DNA of 54,515 nucleotides from a virus (lineage: Duplodnaviria; Caudoviricetes), in the IMG/VR virus record IMGVR_UViG_3300016484_000532, positions 1 to 54,515 of that record; one strand, 5' to 3'. The notes below the pieces were generated by a model. That model saw only the letters and a program-made list of their open reading frames with translations, made no database searches and had not been told where the DNA came from. Both the position numbers and the translations under genes were made by a program. The first letter of the stretch is position 1. Each line of letters starts with the position of its first letter. Of the stretch, positions 18,933 through 30,900 are shown piece by piece.

Positions 18933-21900
18933 ATGGCTGTTTACGACCTTGATGGTAATGAAGTCGACCTTACTCTGAATGACGAAGAAAAAGCGATTGC
19001 GGGCGGATCGCGCTCAACGCCTACGCCGCAACGCGCTCGCGCTTCGCGTCTGAGCAGTGGTTTGCTTGGTGACCCAGAGTTCAGGTCCAAGGTTTCTCAG
19101 ATCGAGAACAATGAAGGCATTCCGCAGGGGCTTATTCATGCGGTTATAGCCAAGGAGTCTTCAGGAAATCCGGACAGCGTCAGCCCCGCCGATGAAAGCG
19201 GGAAAAGAGCCTGGGGTCTTGGGCAGTTTCGCGAATCAACGGCTAAAAGTATCGCAGAGTCCACAGGTATCCCGATCTGGCAAAACGGACGAGTCAATCT
19301 CGACCCAAACGTGCAGCTCTCTGCAATGGCCGCTCTGCTTCGACAAAACAAGGAAAGCCTCGGGGGTGATTGGTATGACGCCGCATGGGCCTACCATGCC
19401 GGACCTGACAATGTGCGCTCATACAAAAGCACAGGACGTTACTCCGCCTACGAAGACAAGATAGACCCGAACTACAAAAGCGACATCATTCGCTTGCGGT
19501 CTCGGCTTGAAAATCAAGGCGCAGACGCTAATGAGCCTGCGGCAAAAAAGAGCATTCTCGATTACGGCATTCCGATGACACCGGAAATTGCTGCATGGGA
19601 ACCAGAGAAGCCCGCTGCTCCCGCCCCAGTTCCTGCCGCACCCACAAGTCCATCGGCTATGGATCGGGTCAAGCAAGGGTTATCTGCAGTTCGAAATATC
19701 GATCTCAGTGGTCCCGGCGTCAAGCAGCTGCATCCCCCGGTCCCGCAAAACGTCCCGACATTCGATCCTGATTATCAGGAGATGGAAAAGTCGCTGAATA
19801 TGACGCTGGCTCCCGGATACGTTGAGCGCGTCAAAAATATCTATGAGGCAGCCACGCCCGATGATCGGCAGCGGCTCATGTCAGCCCCCGGGCAAGCTGG
19901 GGCTGTTGCTCGATTCATTGATAAGAAGTACCAGGCTTCAAATAACCTGTATGGATCGGTGCCGGAACTTCAGTCCCTCAGTGGCAGAAGGGAAGACGTT
20001 GAGGCCAGAAACCGACTTAATGGCATGGAGCCTTTGGCTGCTAAAACCATGGCAGATCGGGAAGTTCGGTTTGGGTCACGCCCCATATTCGGCCAAGCCA
20101 AGTCGACCGACTTCAATTTTGAGCGAGCTGCCGAACTAAACGGACGCGATATTCCGGAACAAGCACAACCGCAAGATCAGTCGTTTGGGGATCGCCTGGT
20201 CAACGCTGCTGAAAAGAACTGGAACGCAAGTCCGATCAGACGCGGAGCCATTCAGGGGGTAGACCTGCTGCAAGGGCAAGCGGCCGGCATGCACAAAATG
20301 ATTGCCGATGCAGGCGAGATGATGGGCGTACCGGGCGCAGCGGCCTATGGACGAGCACAAACCGCCGCTCGGCAGAAATTGGGCATGCGCCAAAACGAAA
20401 TGGGGCAGAGTCCTGACAAGTTCACCAGAGCCTTCGAGGGAGCGATTGCGTCGACCATATCGAATGCACCCGGATTGGCTGTAGGTCTTTTGAAGGGCGG
20501 CGAAGTTGTCCCCCTGATGATGATGAGTACGCAGGTCGCTGGCGATGAATACAGCAACGGCGTAGAGCGTGGACTGACAAAGTCACAAGCCCTGTCGAGG
20601 GCGGTTGCGTTTGGCGCAATGGAGTACATCGGGGAAAAGCTCGGGTTCAGAGATCAGATCGACATGATCAAGAACTCGGCCGGCGGCAATGTCCAGAACG
20701 TAGAAAAGCTGTTCCTCAAGACCCTCAGCGAGCAAATTGCCGGCGAAGAGCTGACCACCATTGGTGAATGGCGGATCGATAAATCAAAGGCGATCGGTCT
20801 CAATCCAGACTCCACAGCAAAAGAGCTGCTGGATCAGATGAAGGACACGCTCTACCAGACGGTCATGCAGACCGCGATGCTGGGTGCGCCTGGAGCCGCG
20901 TCAGCGGTCAACCGCAAACTGCGTGAAAGCGATGCCAGATACGACCAGCCGTTTGCGGACGCATTCAAGCCCGTGCGTGAAACGCATGCGGCCCGGGATG
21001 TTTACGACACCACAATCCGTACCCCGCTTGGTGAATTGCGGAATGATCCCGAATACCGGGAAATCGTCAGCAACCAGACCAATATCGATGACAGCGGCCT
21101 TGCCCGGGGTAAGGCAGCCCGTCAGATCTTGGCAGAACGAAGAGCATCCAAATATCTTGGACATATCGAAACCAATGGAGTCCCTTATGCCGAAAGTACC
21201 GATGTCAGCAATACGGGGAATGTTGTCCCCGCAGCAGGACAAGATCTCGAAACGAAGCAAGTCACCGGTTCTTCCGGCGGCCAACAAAATGCCGAAGCCA
21301 AAAATGGGCAAGAGCAAGAAGGGCAGCTGCTAGGTGGAACATCAGCGCTCAATCTAGCGGCTTACAGCATCACCAACCCGGATCCTCTGAATGAAAATGA
21401 TGAGCCGCTATCCGCGTCGGACGCCCTGTTTGAGCTTGAAGTTCTCCGCGACAGGGCAAACAAAGGAAAGCTGAACACAGAAATCTTTGCCTGGTCGCCA
21501 ATCGGCAAAAGGCTCGGTACAAACGTCTTGCAATCTTTCCTGGGCGAAATAAAAGCCGGCCGTTTCGGTTTCATCGACCAGCTTGCAAATCGAATCAAGG
21601 AGACATCAGGTGCCCAGCAAAACACCGAAACAGGCTCGACTGATGGCGGCTTGCAGCCACGGAGCCAAGTACAAAGCCTGCCCACCGGCGAAGGTGGCGC
21701 GGGAGTTCAACCAAGCGGACAAGAAAACCGGGATCTTACGCAAAAAGCCCCGGTAGGTCCGTTTTCGATGCAGCGTGGGCCGGGCGGTATCGCGATCCTT
21801 GATGGAAGCGGTACGCCGGTCAGCACTCATCAAACCATGGCCGACGCCATCGAGGCATTCGACCAGTTATCCGCGCAATCCAGCCAACAGGAGTATCAAG

Positions 21901-24900
21901 ATGAATTGCAAACTTCCGCCGCGTCCGGCAATGAAACAGGCACCGGTCAAGTCATCCCGGGTAGTGGACAACAAGTTGCCCAAGGAACTGAACAAGGGTC
22001 CGGGCAAGAAGCCCAGCAAAAAGGACATCATGGACTAAAACCAGAAGCTGAGTCTCTTCTCAAACAGGCTGAAGCGCAAGACGCGCTTGGCAATGCGGTC
22101 GAGGCTCAACGACTGAGGAGCTTGGTTGATCAAGTCAACAAAGGCGAATTCGTACCGGAGGCTTACCTAGATGCCAATAATCCCGATGGAAATGCTGGAA
22201 GCGGCGTATCGAAGTCTTCTGGAGGAGAGGCTGGCGCTGGAACTTCTGGAGTTTCTGGACAGGTATCCTCTGAAACCGGGAACGCTGGGACTGGTGGAGA
22301 CAGTGGATCTTCACTGAAAGAGCGGCGCGAAGCGAGGAAGCAGCGCAAATCAGCTGAGGCGCCAATCATTCAAAATCGGGATCGCTCAAACCCGGCATCG
22401 ATTCAGCAAATGCAGTCGATTGCGGCAAATCCGCATTACCTGAAGCTGGCCCCTGGAAATGATTTTGCCAGCGGCGCTCCCGTTGTTGTCGGGGGAAATA
22501 TCCCCGCAGAACAGCTGGGCAGAGAAGATATTGCCGTCACCGCGAAAAACCGCGAAATTCCTTTTCGTTATGCGGTGGTTGAAGCTTCAAAACTGGTGGC
22601 ATCGCACAATGCGGACGGAACACCAAACCCCGAATACGACAGCCCTCCCGCAGAAAAATCAAAAGCTGTTGCGGGAAATGGCCGTATTGCAGGTTTGCAG
22701 AAAGCCCACAAGCAGGGATCTGCGTTTAATTATGTTCAAGGGATGTTTGACGACGAGTATAGGCACGGGATCAGTCCTGCCGTGATTGGCAAATTGGCAA
22801 AGCCAATTCTGGTTCGCGTCATGCCGGAAGCCGAAATCACCAGAGACATTGGAGATGAATCCAATATCGGCAGCGGTCTTGAACAGTCCCCCCTTGAAAA
22901 AGCCAGGAACGATTCACACCGAATTGACCTGGGCGGCCTTGATTTTACGGATGACGGGGAAATCAACGAGCAGACCGTAAAGCAGTTTGTTCGCACGATG
23001 CCGGAAAACGAACAGGGCGGATTGCTGGATACGGATGGATCCCCAAACCGCAACGCTTACGATCGACTCAAGTCGGCAATCTTCTATAAGGCCTATCGAA
23101 ACGACGAGCTGGTTCGTCTTTTCTCGCAGACAGCAGACCCTGAAGCCAAGTTGGTTATTTCTGCGCTGGCGCGGGTGTCCCCAAAAATGGCGCGACTTGA
23201 AGGTGCGGGCAAGCTAGATATAAGCGATATTGTGGCGCAAGCCGCCATTGCGATCGTGAATGGACGCCGCAAGGAAATGAGCATGTCGATGATTGCAGGG
23301 CAAATCGACATGCTTGAAGATCCTGGTACGGCTGAGATTATTGCGCTATTTGCTGAAAACCCGCGAAGCAATAAGATGGCGATTGAGGCGCTGTCAGAAG
23401 CCGCCGATTTTGCATACGAAGAAGCAAATAATCCCGCTGAGGATCTTTTTGGCGAGCGCCAGCAGGCGACACGCGAAGATGTCCTCGCAAGAATAAGGAG
23501 CCGTCGTGGACAAAAGCAAGACGAAACACTGGAACACCCCAGAGGGGGCAAGCCTTCTGAAGGCAATGCTGGGCAGGAAGAAAATGGACGAGAAGGACAA
23601 GGAGACGCTGGCGAAATTCAAGGAGGAGAACAGGAAGGCCAAGGAGGAACAAAAGCCCTAGCGCCGCTCAAGCAGCGCCGCGCAGCCCGGAAAGAACGCA
23701 AAGCCTCATTTGCTACGCCGGAACAAGAACAGCGTCGAGCGGATTTGGTCCATCAGCTTGCTTTCCTGCGCGGGCGTCTGACGAAAACAAAGACGGCGTT
23801 TAATCGTCGCGAAATCGAAAAAGAGATCAAGCAGGCCGAGAAGGAATTAAGCAAACTGCCGGAAGGCATACTGACTCCGCGTGGAGCTGCGGATCTTCGA
23901 GGAAAGAATGTAGCCGAGAGCGAGCTTGTCAAAACTTGGCTACAAGGCGCTAATGATGTCCTTGATTATGAGGCCAAAAATCCAAGCGGCAAAACCGCCG
24001 ACCAGCTGTGGGAAGAGTACGCCTCATCCTGGGAAATATCAGGCCAGTCAGCTCCCATCTCAAAAGCATATTTCCAGAAGGTGCTGGCCTATAGGGCTGG
24101 CTTATCGCCGGAAGAGATTGCGGACGATCTTGATACTGCAGAGGTCGAAAACCTGGTTGATCAGGTTCGGAAACGGTTTGGCGAAAAAAGAGCGACAGAC
24201 ATCCTTGAAAATGCTGCAAGGGCAGCATCACGAAAAGAAGGCGCGTATTTCCCGCTGGTTCGTAAGGCGGCTGAAGATCTCCTTAAAAACCGCGAAATTG
24301 TCACGCCAAGCGAAGACGATAATGTTGGAGTAAACGCGGCCGGCGAACCTTTGTTTGAAAGAAAGGATGGTTCTCGATACAGGATCCACAACGGAGAGCC
24401 GGATTTTGGTGGCGATCTCGCGCCAGTTGAAGGTGACCTTTTTGGCGCACCTACCAAAGAAGACCAGCAGCGCTCCGAAAAAGAGGCGGTAGATGCCTAC
24501 GCGAAGGAAAAGGCCCGCCAGCGCAATGCGACCGGACAGGAAGTATCTGGCGGTCTTTTTGATCAGGATAACCGTCAGGCGGATGTGTTTTCAGAGCCTG
24601 CGACCCGTATTGGCCGATTGACGACACCAGGAGCAACCTACGGAACCTCCAACAAGGTGTTTACTTCCGATGCTGCTGATAAAGCCCGTGAACTGCTCAA
24701 AAAGAAACTGGGACAACTAAACACCGGACTCGATCCGGAAATGATGCAGGCCGGCATCACCCTTGCGGGCTATCATATCGAGGCAGGCGCTCGATCGTTC
24801 GCGGCCTACTCAAAGGCCATGATCAATGATTTGGGTGATGCAGTAAGGCCATATCTCAGGTCTTGGTACGAAGGTGTCCGCTATTACCCTGGTATTGATG

Positions 24901-27900
24901 CGTCAAAAATGACGTCGTCGGCCGATATCGATAGCGGAAGCGTAGAATCTCTTGCAGAAATCACTCAGGGTAAAACAAATGTCACTGACCTCAATAGCAA
25001 CTCCAATCTGGAACGAGATAGCGGCGACGCAGAATCTACAAACAGATTGGGCGAAGAAGATATTCGCCATGGGTCCGGACGAGATGTTGGCGCAACTAGA
25101 TCAGGAATACAGAGCACTGAAGGAAATACACGGGGAGACCGTGGCATCAGCATATCTGGACATGAAGCCGCTGCTTCTGGAGAACCTAGCGATCTCAAAA
25201 TATATCGAGGAGCACCAGTGGCTGAGGGCGGCGCTTCCGGAGGTGCTGTCAGTGACGGAGGCGGTATTCTTGGCGTCTCTGGATCACCCATTGAGCCAGA
25301 TACAGCAAACCAAACTGCAAAGGTTGCTCAAAGCCGATCTGAAGTAAGGCGGGATCAGGCCAAGCAGACAGAGGCCGACAAGCAGAATCACTCTGGATCC
25401 AGCCTTCAGGAGATTCGTGCTGCATTACCCACCCTGCTTTCAGGGCAGCAGGAAGACGTTTTCAAGGCGGAAACTCGCTTCAGCGCACCTGATGGTTACG
25501 GAATGCTGTTTACCAACGGCACCGGCACCGGGAAAACCTTTACAGGTCTTGGCATCATCAAGCGATTTAGTGGTCGCGGAAAAAATAACATCCTCATACT
25601 TGCGCCTAACAACGAAATCATACGCGCATGGGTAAAGTCAGGCCGCATCCTGAACCTTGAAATCAACCCGCTCGACAACACCAAGGATGCTGGCAAAGGC
25701 ATCACGATCACCACCTACGCCAACTTTGGCGCAAACGATGCTCTAGCCAGCCGCAACTGGGATCTGACCGTAGCGGACGAGGCGCATTACCTCATGCAGG
25801 ATGCCTCAGGCACTCCAACGCACGTTATTCAAAACCTTCGCGCCATTACCAAGCATCCGGACGGTGTTTATCGCCGCGCTGAAATGCTGCATCAAGATCT
25901 GCGGGACGAAATGGCGGATCTGAGTAGCCGAATCGATAGCGTTAGCAAGCAACTGTCGAACTCGGACACGATGGATTCGATGATCCCCGATCTTCAAAAG
26001 ATCCTGGCCGATCTTGAACCCAAGCTGGAATCCGCAAGATCAAAGTGGGAAACAGCCAAAGACAGAGTCAAGGCGGATGTCGCTGGTTCGCAAAATGCAA
26101 ATCGTCCGCGCTCCCTGTTCCTGTCGGCAACCCCGTTTGCGTATGAGCCGACCGTCGATTGGGCGAACGGTTACCTCTTCGACTACAACGAAGGGCAGCC
26201 TGACGAATCCAAGGAGTTCAGAGGCTACAACTCAGGGCAGAACAAAGACCGCTTCTTTATGACGCATTTCGGCTATCGGATGCGTTACAACAAACTCACC
26301 AAGCCGGATGCCAAAGTCGATAGCGGATTGATGCAGCGCCAGTTTAATACCTGGCTCAAAAAGCGCGGATCCCTTTCAGGAAGAATGCTCGATGTTGCGG
26401 CCGACTATGACCGTCGCTTCATTTTGGTGGAATCTGCGATTGGTACGCGCATCGATCAAGCGCTGGAATGGTTCCATGACGAAGCAGAGCGCGTCAGGGA
26501 TGCGGGCGGCAACTCGAATGGGGTAAGCGAGCTTGAGGACGCAATCGCGGACAAGTTCGATTACCTCTCCCGTCGATACCTTCTGGAAGCCATCAAGGCG
26601 ACCGAGGTCATCAAGCACGTCAAGGAACACATGGCGCTGGGTCGCAAGGTGGTGGTGTTCCATGACTACAAGAAAGGGGGCGGTTTCCATCCCTTCAAGA
26701 TGGAGCGACGATCTGACCCGCTTTTCAATGAGGCGCTAGACCGATTCAATGCCGAGTTTCAGGATTTGCTGAAGATCGACTTTGCCTCAATGCCAAGCCC
26801 CATCGAGGTGTTCAAGCGCGAATTCCCAGATGTTCTTCTTTTCAATGGCGATGTCTCCAAGAAGCAGAGACGCGCCAATGTCGAAAAGTTTCAGTCTGAT
26901 GATTCAGGTCCGCAGGTTTTTCTTGCCCAGACTGCCGCAGCCAGGGAAGGAATCAGTCTCCACGACACGACCGGCAAACATCAGCGCGTCCTTTTGAACC
27001 TGGGCCAGCCCACGCAGCCGACCACCTCGATCCAGCAGGAAGGCCGAATTTACCGCACCGGACAGGTTACGGATGCCATTTTCCGCTACCTCAATACCGG
27101 CACCAACTGGGAAAAGTGGGCGTTTGCGACCACGATCGCACAGCGCGCCAGTGCCGCAGAAAATCTAGGTATGGGCGAACAGGCTAGAGCGCTCAAGGAT
27201 GCCTTTATTGCGGCATTTGAGGAGTCCGACAATTACCGCGCCGGCATGGAAGGCGAGGGCAAGGGCGGCAAAGAACGCGATCGCCTGGCTAATGAGGCGC
27301 TCACTGAATGGGATCGCGCCAAGGCTTTTTATTACGGCACCCAGAAAAAAACCAGCAAGACCAAGGCGCAGGAAGGGGCGGATTACTTCGCAACGCCAGA
27401 GCCTTTAGGCCTCAAGATGGTGGAATGGCTGCAACTGCAACCGGGAGACAAAGTTCTTGAGCCAAGCGCCGGCCATGGTGCGATTGCCCGCTGGATGCCT
27501 GAGAATACGGAGCGCACCGCGATTGAACCTTCGCGTCAGCTCCTTCCAAAGCTCGCCATGGTATTCGATGGAAAGATCGTCGATACCAACTTTGAGCAGC
27601 ACAACATCGTCAACAAGTACGACGGGATCGTGATGAATCCCCCGTTCGGGAGCGGCGGAAAGACTGCGGTCGAGCACCTTGCAAAGGCGGCGCAGCATCT
27701 TCGGGATGGCGGCCGAATTGTGGCCTTGATTCCTTCCGGCCCGGCATCAGACAAGCAGTTCTCAAAGTTCTTCCATGAGGAGACGCGAATCCCTGTTGCT
27801 CCGGTTCTGAATACCAAAGCGCTGGGTCCGGTTTATGTTGGTGACACGATCAAAACCAACTACAGCTGGATGCAGGAAGGCAAGGTAACGGGAACGCATG

Positions 27901-30900
27901 GGGATCAACTCCTTGTCAGGAGGGCCGGCGTTAATGGTGTAACCCATGTTGATCCATCCTGGGTTACAGAGCTTGTTGCAACGGGGCGCCGCGAAAAGGT
28001 AGCAAGGCAGGCCGAAAATCTGTTCATGGTGGCCGACATCCAGCTGCCATCCTCCGTTTTCGAGCGCGCAGGGACCAGCGTCAACACCCACATTGTCGTC
28101 CTTGAAAAGCAGGAAGATCCCGAAAAGGCAAAGCTGATCCAGCAATCCAATCGGGATTACAGCAATGCCAAGGATATCAATGACTTTTTCGATCGCATCG
28201 AGGAGGCGAGCCTGCCGGCAAGAGTCGGCAAAGATCAGTCCTCAGTAGCGGATCAGGTAGCGTCTGAAACTAAGCCGGCTGCAGCAAAGGGTCAAGCAGA
28301 AGGCAATCGGTACGTCACCGATGCGCCAGCTATCACTTACACGACCAAAAGCGGCAAAACGCTGGAAGGCGTAATTGCGCGTGATCTTTCGCAAGATGAA
28401 GCAAAGGCCATCGATCCTTACACATGGAAGAAGGATGGCGGCTATTTCATTCGCATGAAGCACGTCGATCGTCCTCAGCCGATGTTCAGCCGCAGCCAGG
28501 TTTTCTTCTCCGCTCTGGAGCGCGGTATTTATTCATCCAAGATCGAGACGCAGCCCGCTACTCAGTGGCGCGCATGGTTGCAGGGCAACAAGGCCAAGCT
28601 CGGGATCAAGGACGAAGAGATTGCATGGACCGGACTTGATGATTACCTAACCCTCAAAGGAAAAGAGCGCCTATCAAAAGCAGATATCACCGCATTCCTG
28701 AAGGATAACGGGATACAGGTTGGTGAAGTAACAAGGATGCCGATCGAAGAAATGTCTGACGATCGCGTTCGCGAGGAATATGAAAAAGATTTAGGTGGAG
28801 CGGATCTGGGGCTTAGTTTTGTGCCTACCGTAAAAGAGATGCGCGAGTGGCTTGCTGATATTGCTGAAGAGGGAACGCATGGAACGCCCAAATACGAGCA
28901 ATGGTCGTTTTATGGCGCAGGCAAGAACTACCGCGAGCTTTTGCTGACGCTTCCAACCAAATCGGAGCGTGAAATCGCCGACAACAAAATGAAAGCGTTC
29001 ACGGATCGCGTGACCAAAAGGCTTGGTAGAGAAGGTTGGGGTCTTGAATCAATGACCCCTGGTGAGCTGGCTGAATACGACCAGCTAAATGATGCCGCAA
29101 TGAAAGCGTCCAGCGTCAAGCCAACCACTTACAAGTCGGCGCATTGGAAAGAGTCAAATGTTCTTGCTCACATCCGCTTCAACGACCGCACTGATGCTGA
29201 CGGCAACAAGGTTCTCTTTGTCGAGGAGATCCAGTCAGACTGGGCGCAGGAAGGCAGGAAGAAAGGTTTTAAGGGTGAGAAAGTAAAAGGCTACGAGGTT
29301 TCTTGGGAAGGCCGCCCAATCATGGTCTACGAAACAAAAGAGGAAGCAGAAGCGCACGTTAGTCGCGCACTTAAAAATGATCCCAACGCGCCAATCGCCA
29401 TAAAAGAGGTAATGGCGAAAAAAAATGCACAGCAAGAGTCAGGAAAGGTTGAGGAAGCTCCTTTTGTCAAAGATACCAAGGCCTGGGTATCTCTCGCCCT
29501 GAAGCGCATCATCCGGTACGCGGCAGAAGGCGGATACGACAAGGTTGCGTTTGTGACCGGCGAACAAGCGGCTGATCGTTTTGACCTGAGCAATCAGGTC
29601 GATTCCATTCTCTACAAAAAGAACAATGACGGCACTTATAAGCTGTCAGCTCAGGTGCATGGGCGCGGCCAGTTGCTTGGTGACGCAATTAGCGAAGACG
29701 CGCTCGAAGATCATGTTGGAAAGGAAGTTGCCCAGAAGATCGTCAATGGCGAAGGCCGGAAAACTGAGGTGCAAGGGAAATATGACCCCAGCATGCCGTT
29801 CGGCAAGAACTATATGAATGAGCTTTCGGGCATTGATCTCAAGGTCGGCGGTGAAGGAATGAAATCCTTCTACGACCAGATTGTTCCGCAAGTGGCGAAT
29901 GATGTCTTGAAAAAGCTCGGCGGAGGTCGACTGGAAAGCGTTGAGATCGATACGCGATCACCAGAAAATGATTCCTGGTATGAAGAGCTAACCGACAAAG
30001 ACATCCTAAAGCACCCCGGATTCGTCATTACTCCCGCCATGCGAGACAAAGCCATGGCTGGTCTGCCGCTCTTCATCCGCAACGTAGGGGGCGGAAATCC
30101 AACCGGACTGAGTCTTAATGTCGTAGACAAGATGGCGCGGGTCATCTGGGACAAGCTCGGGATAGCTCCCGGTGTGAATCTTCGGACGGTAGAAACGGAG
30201 TCGGATCTTCCAAAGGAGATACTTGATCGGGCCGCCAAAGAAGGCGCACTCGGCACGATTGAAGCCGTTCAGCATAAGGGCACCATTTATCTTGTAGCGG
30301 ATAAGCATACCAGCGCCCTTCATGTAGAGGAATCAATCCTGCATGAAAGCACACACCTTGGTGGCCGCATTTTCTATGGGCGAGACATTCTGAAAATGTA
30401 CACCCGGCTTTACTTTGCGCTGGGGAGAGAGGCAGGGATTCGGGATTGGGCTAAACGCCTTGGTTTCAGCATGGACTCTTACTTTAAGACCGCCAGCGAT
30501 ATGGTGAAAGCAGGGACCATGCAGCCAACGCAACGGTTCTCTTATCTGGCAGATGAGTTCCTAGCTCACGCCCAGGGATCAAAGGCCTATCAGTCGCTGC
30601 CCCGGAAAGCGCTGCAGTTGTTTAGAGAAATCCTTGGTGCAATCCGAAACTGGATGAAGTCGAAAGGATTGATTGAAAGCTCAAAGCTCAGTGATGCTGA
30701 CCTTGCATACCTTCTTCGCAATCTTCATCGCGCAGCGCAGGGCAAAAGCTCTGCAATGGCTGGGGATTCTATATTCAAAAGATCCGGCAACGGTTCGGAA
30801 GCCCGATTCTCTCGCAAAAACGTACTTGGAGATGAGCCTGCCGCAACGTGGACAGCTCCAGGCGCAACCCGGCTGGATAACTTCATTTATAAGATGCAGG

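Noticed and set aside
24493-24621. Another SD-like GAGG plus ATG in the +1 frame of the giant gene
   Set aside because: The Arg-rich product looks like a shadow frame and the main frame here has motif-like content; it illustrates the chance background for nested ORFs
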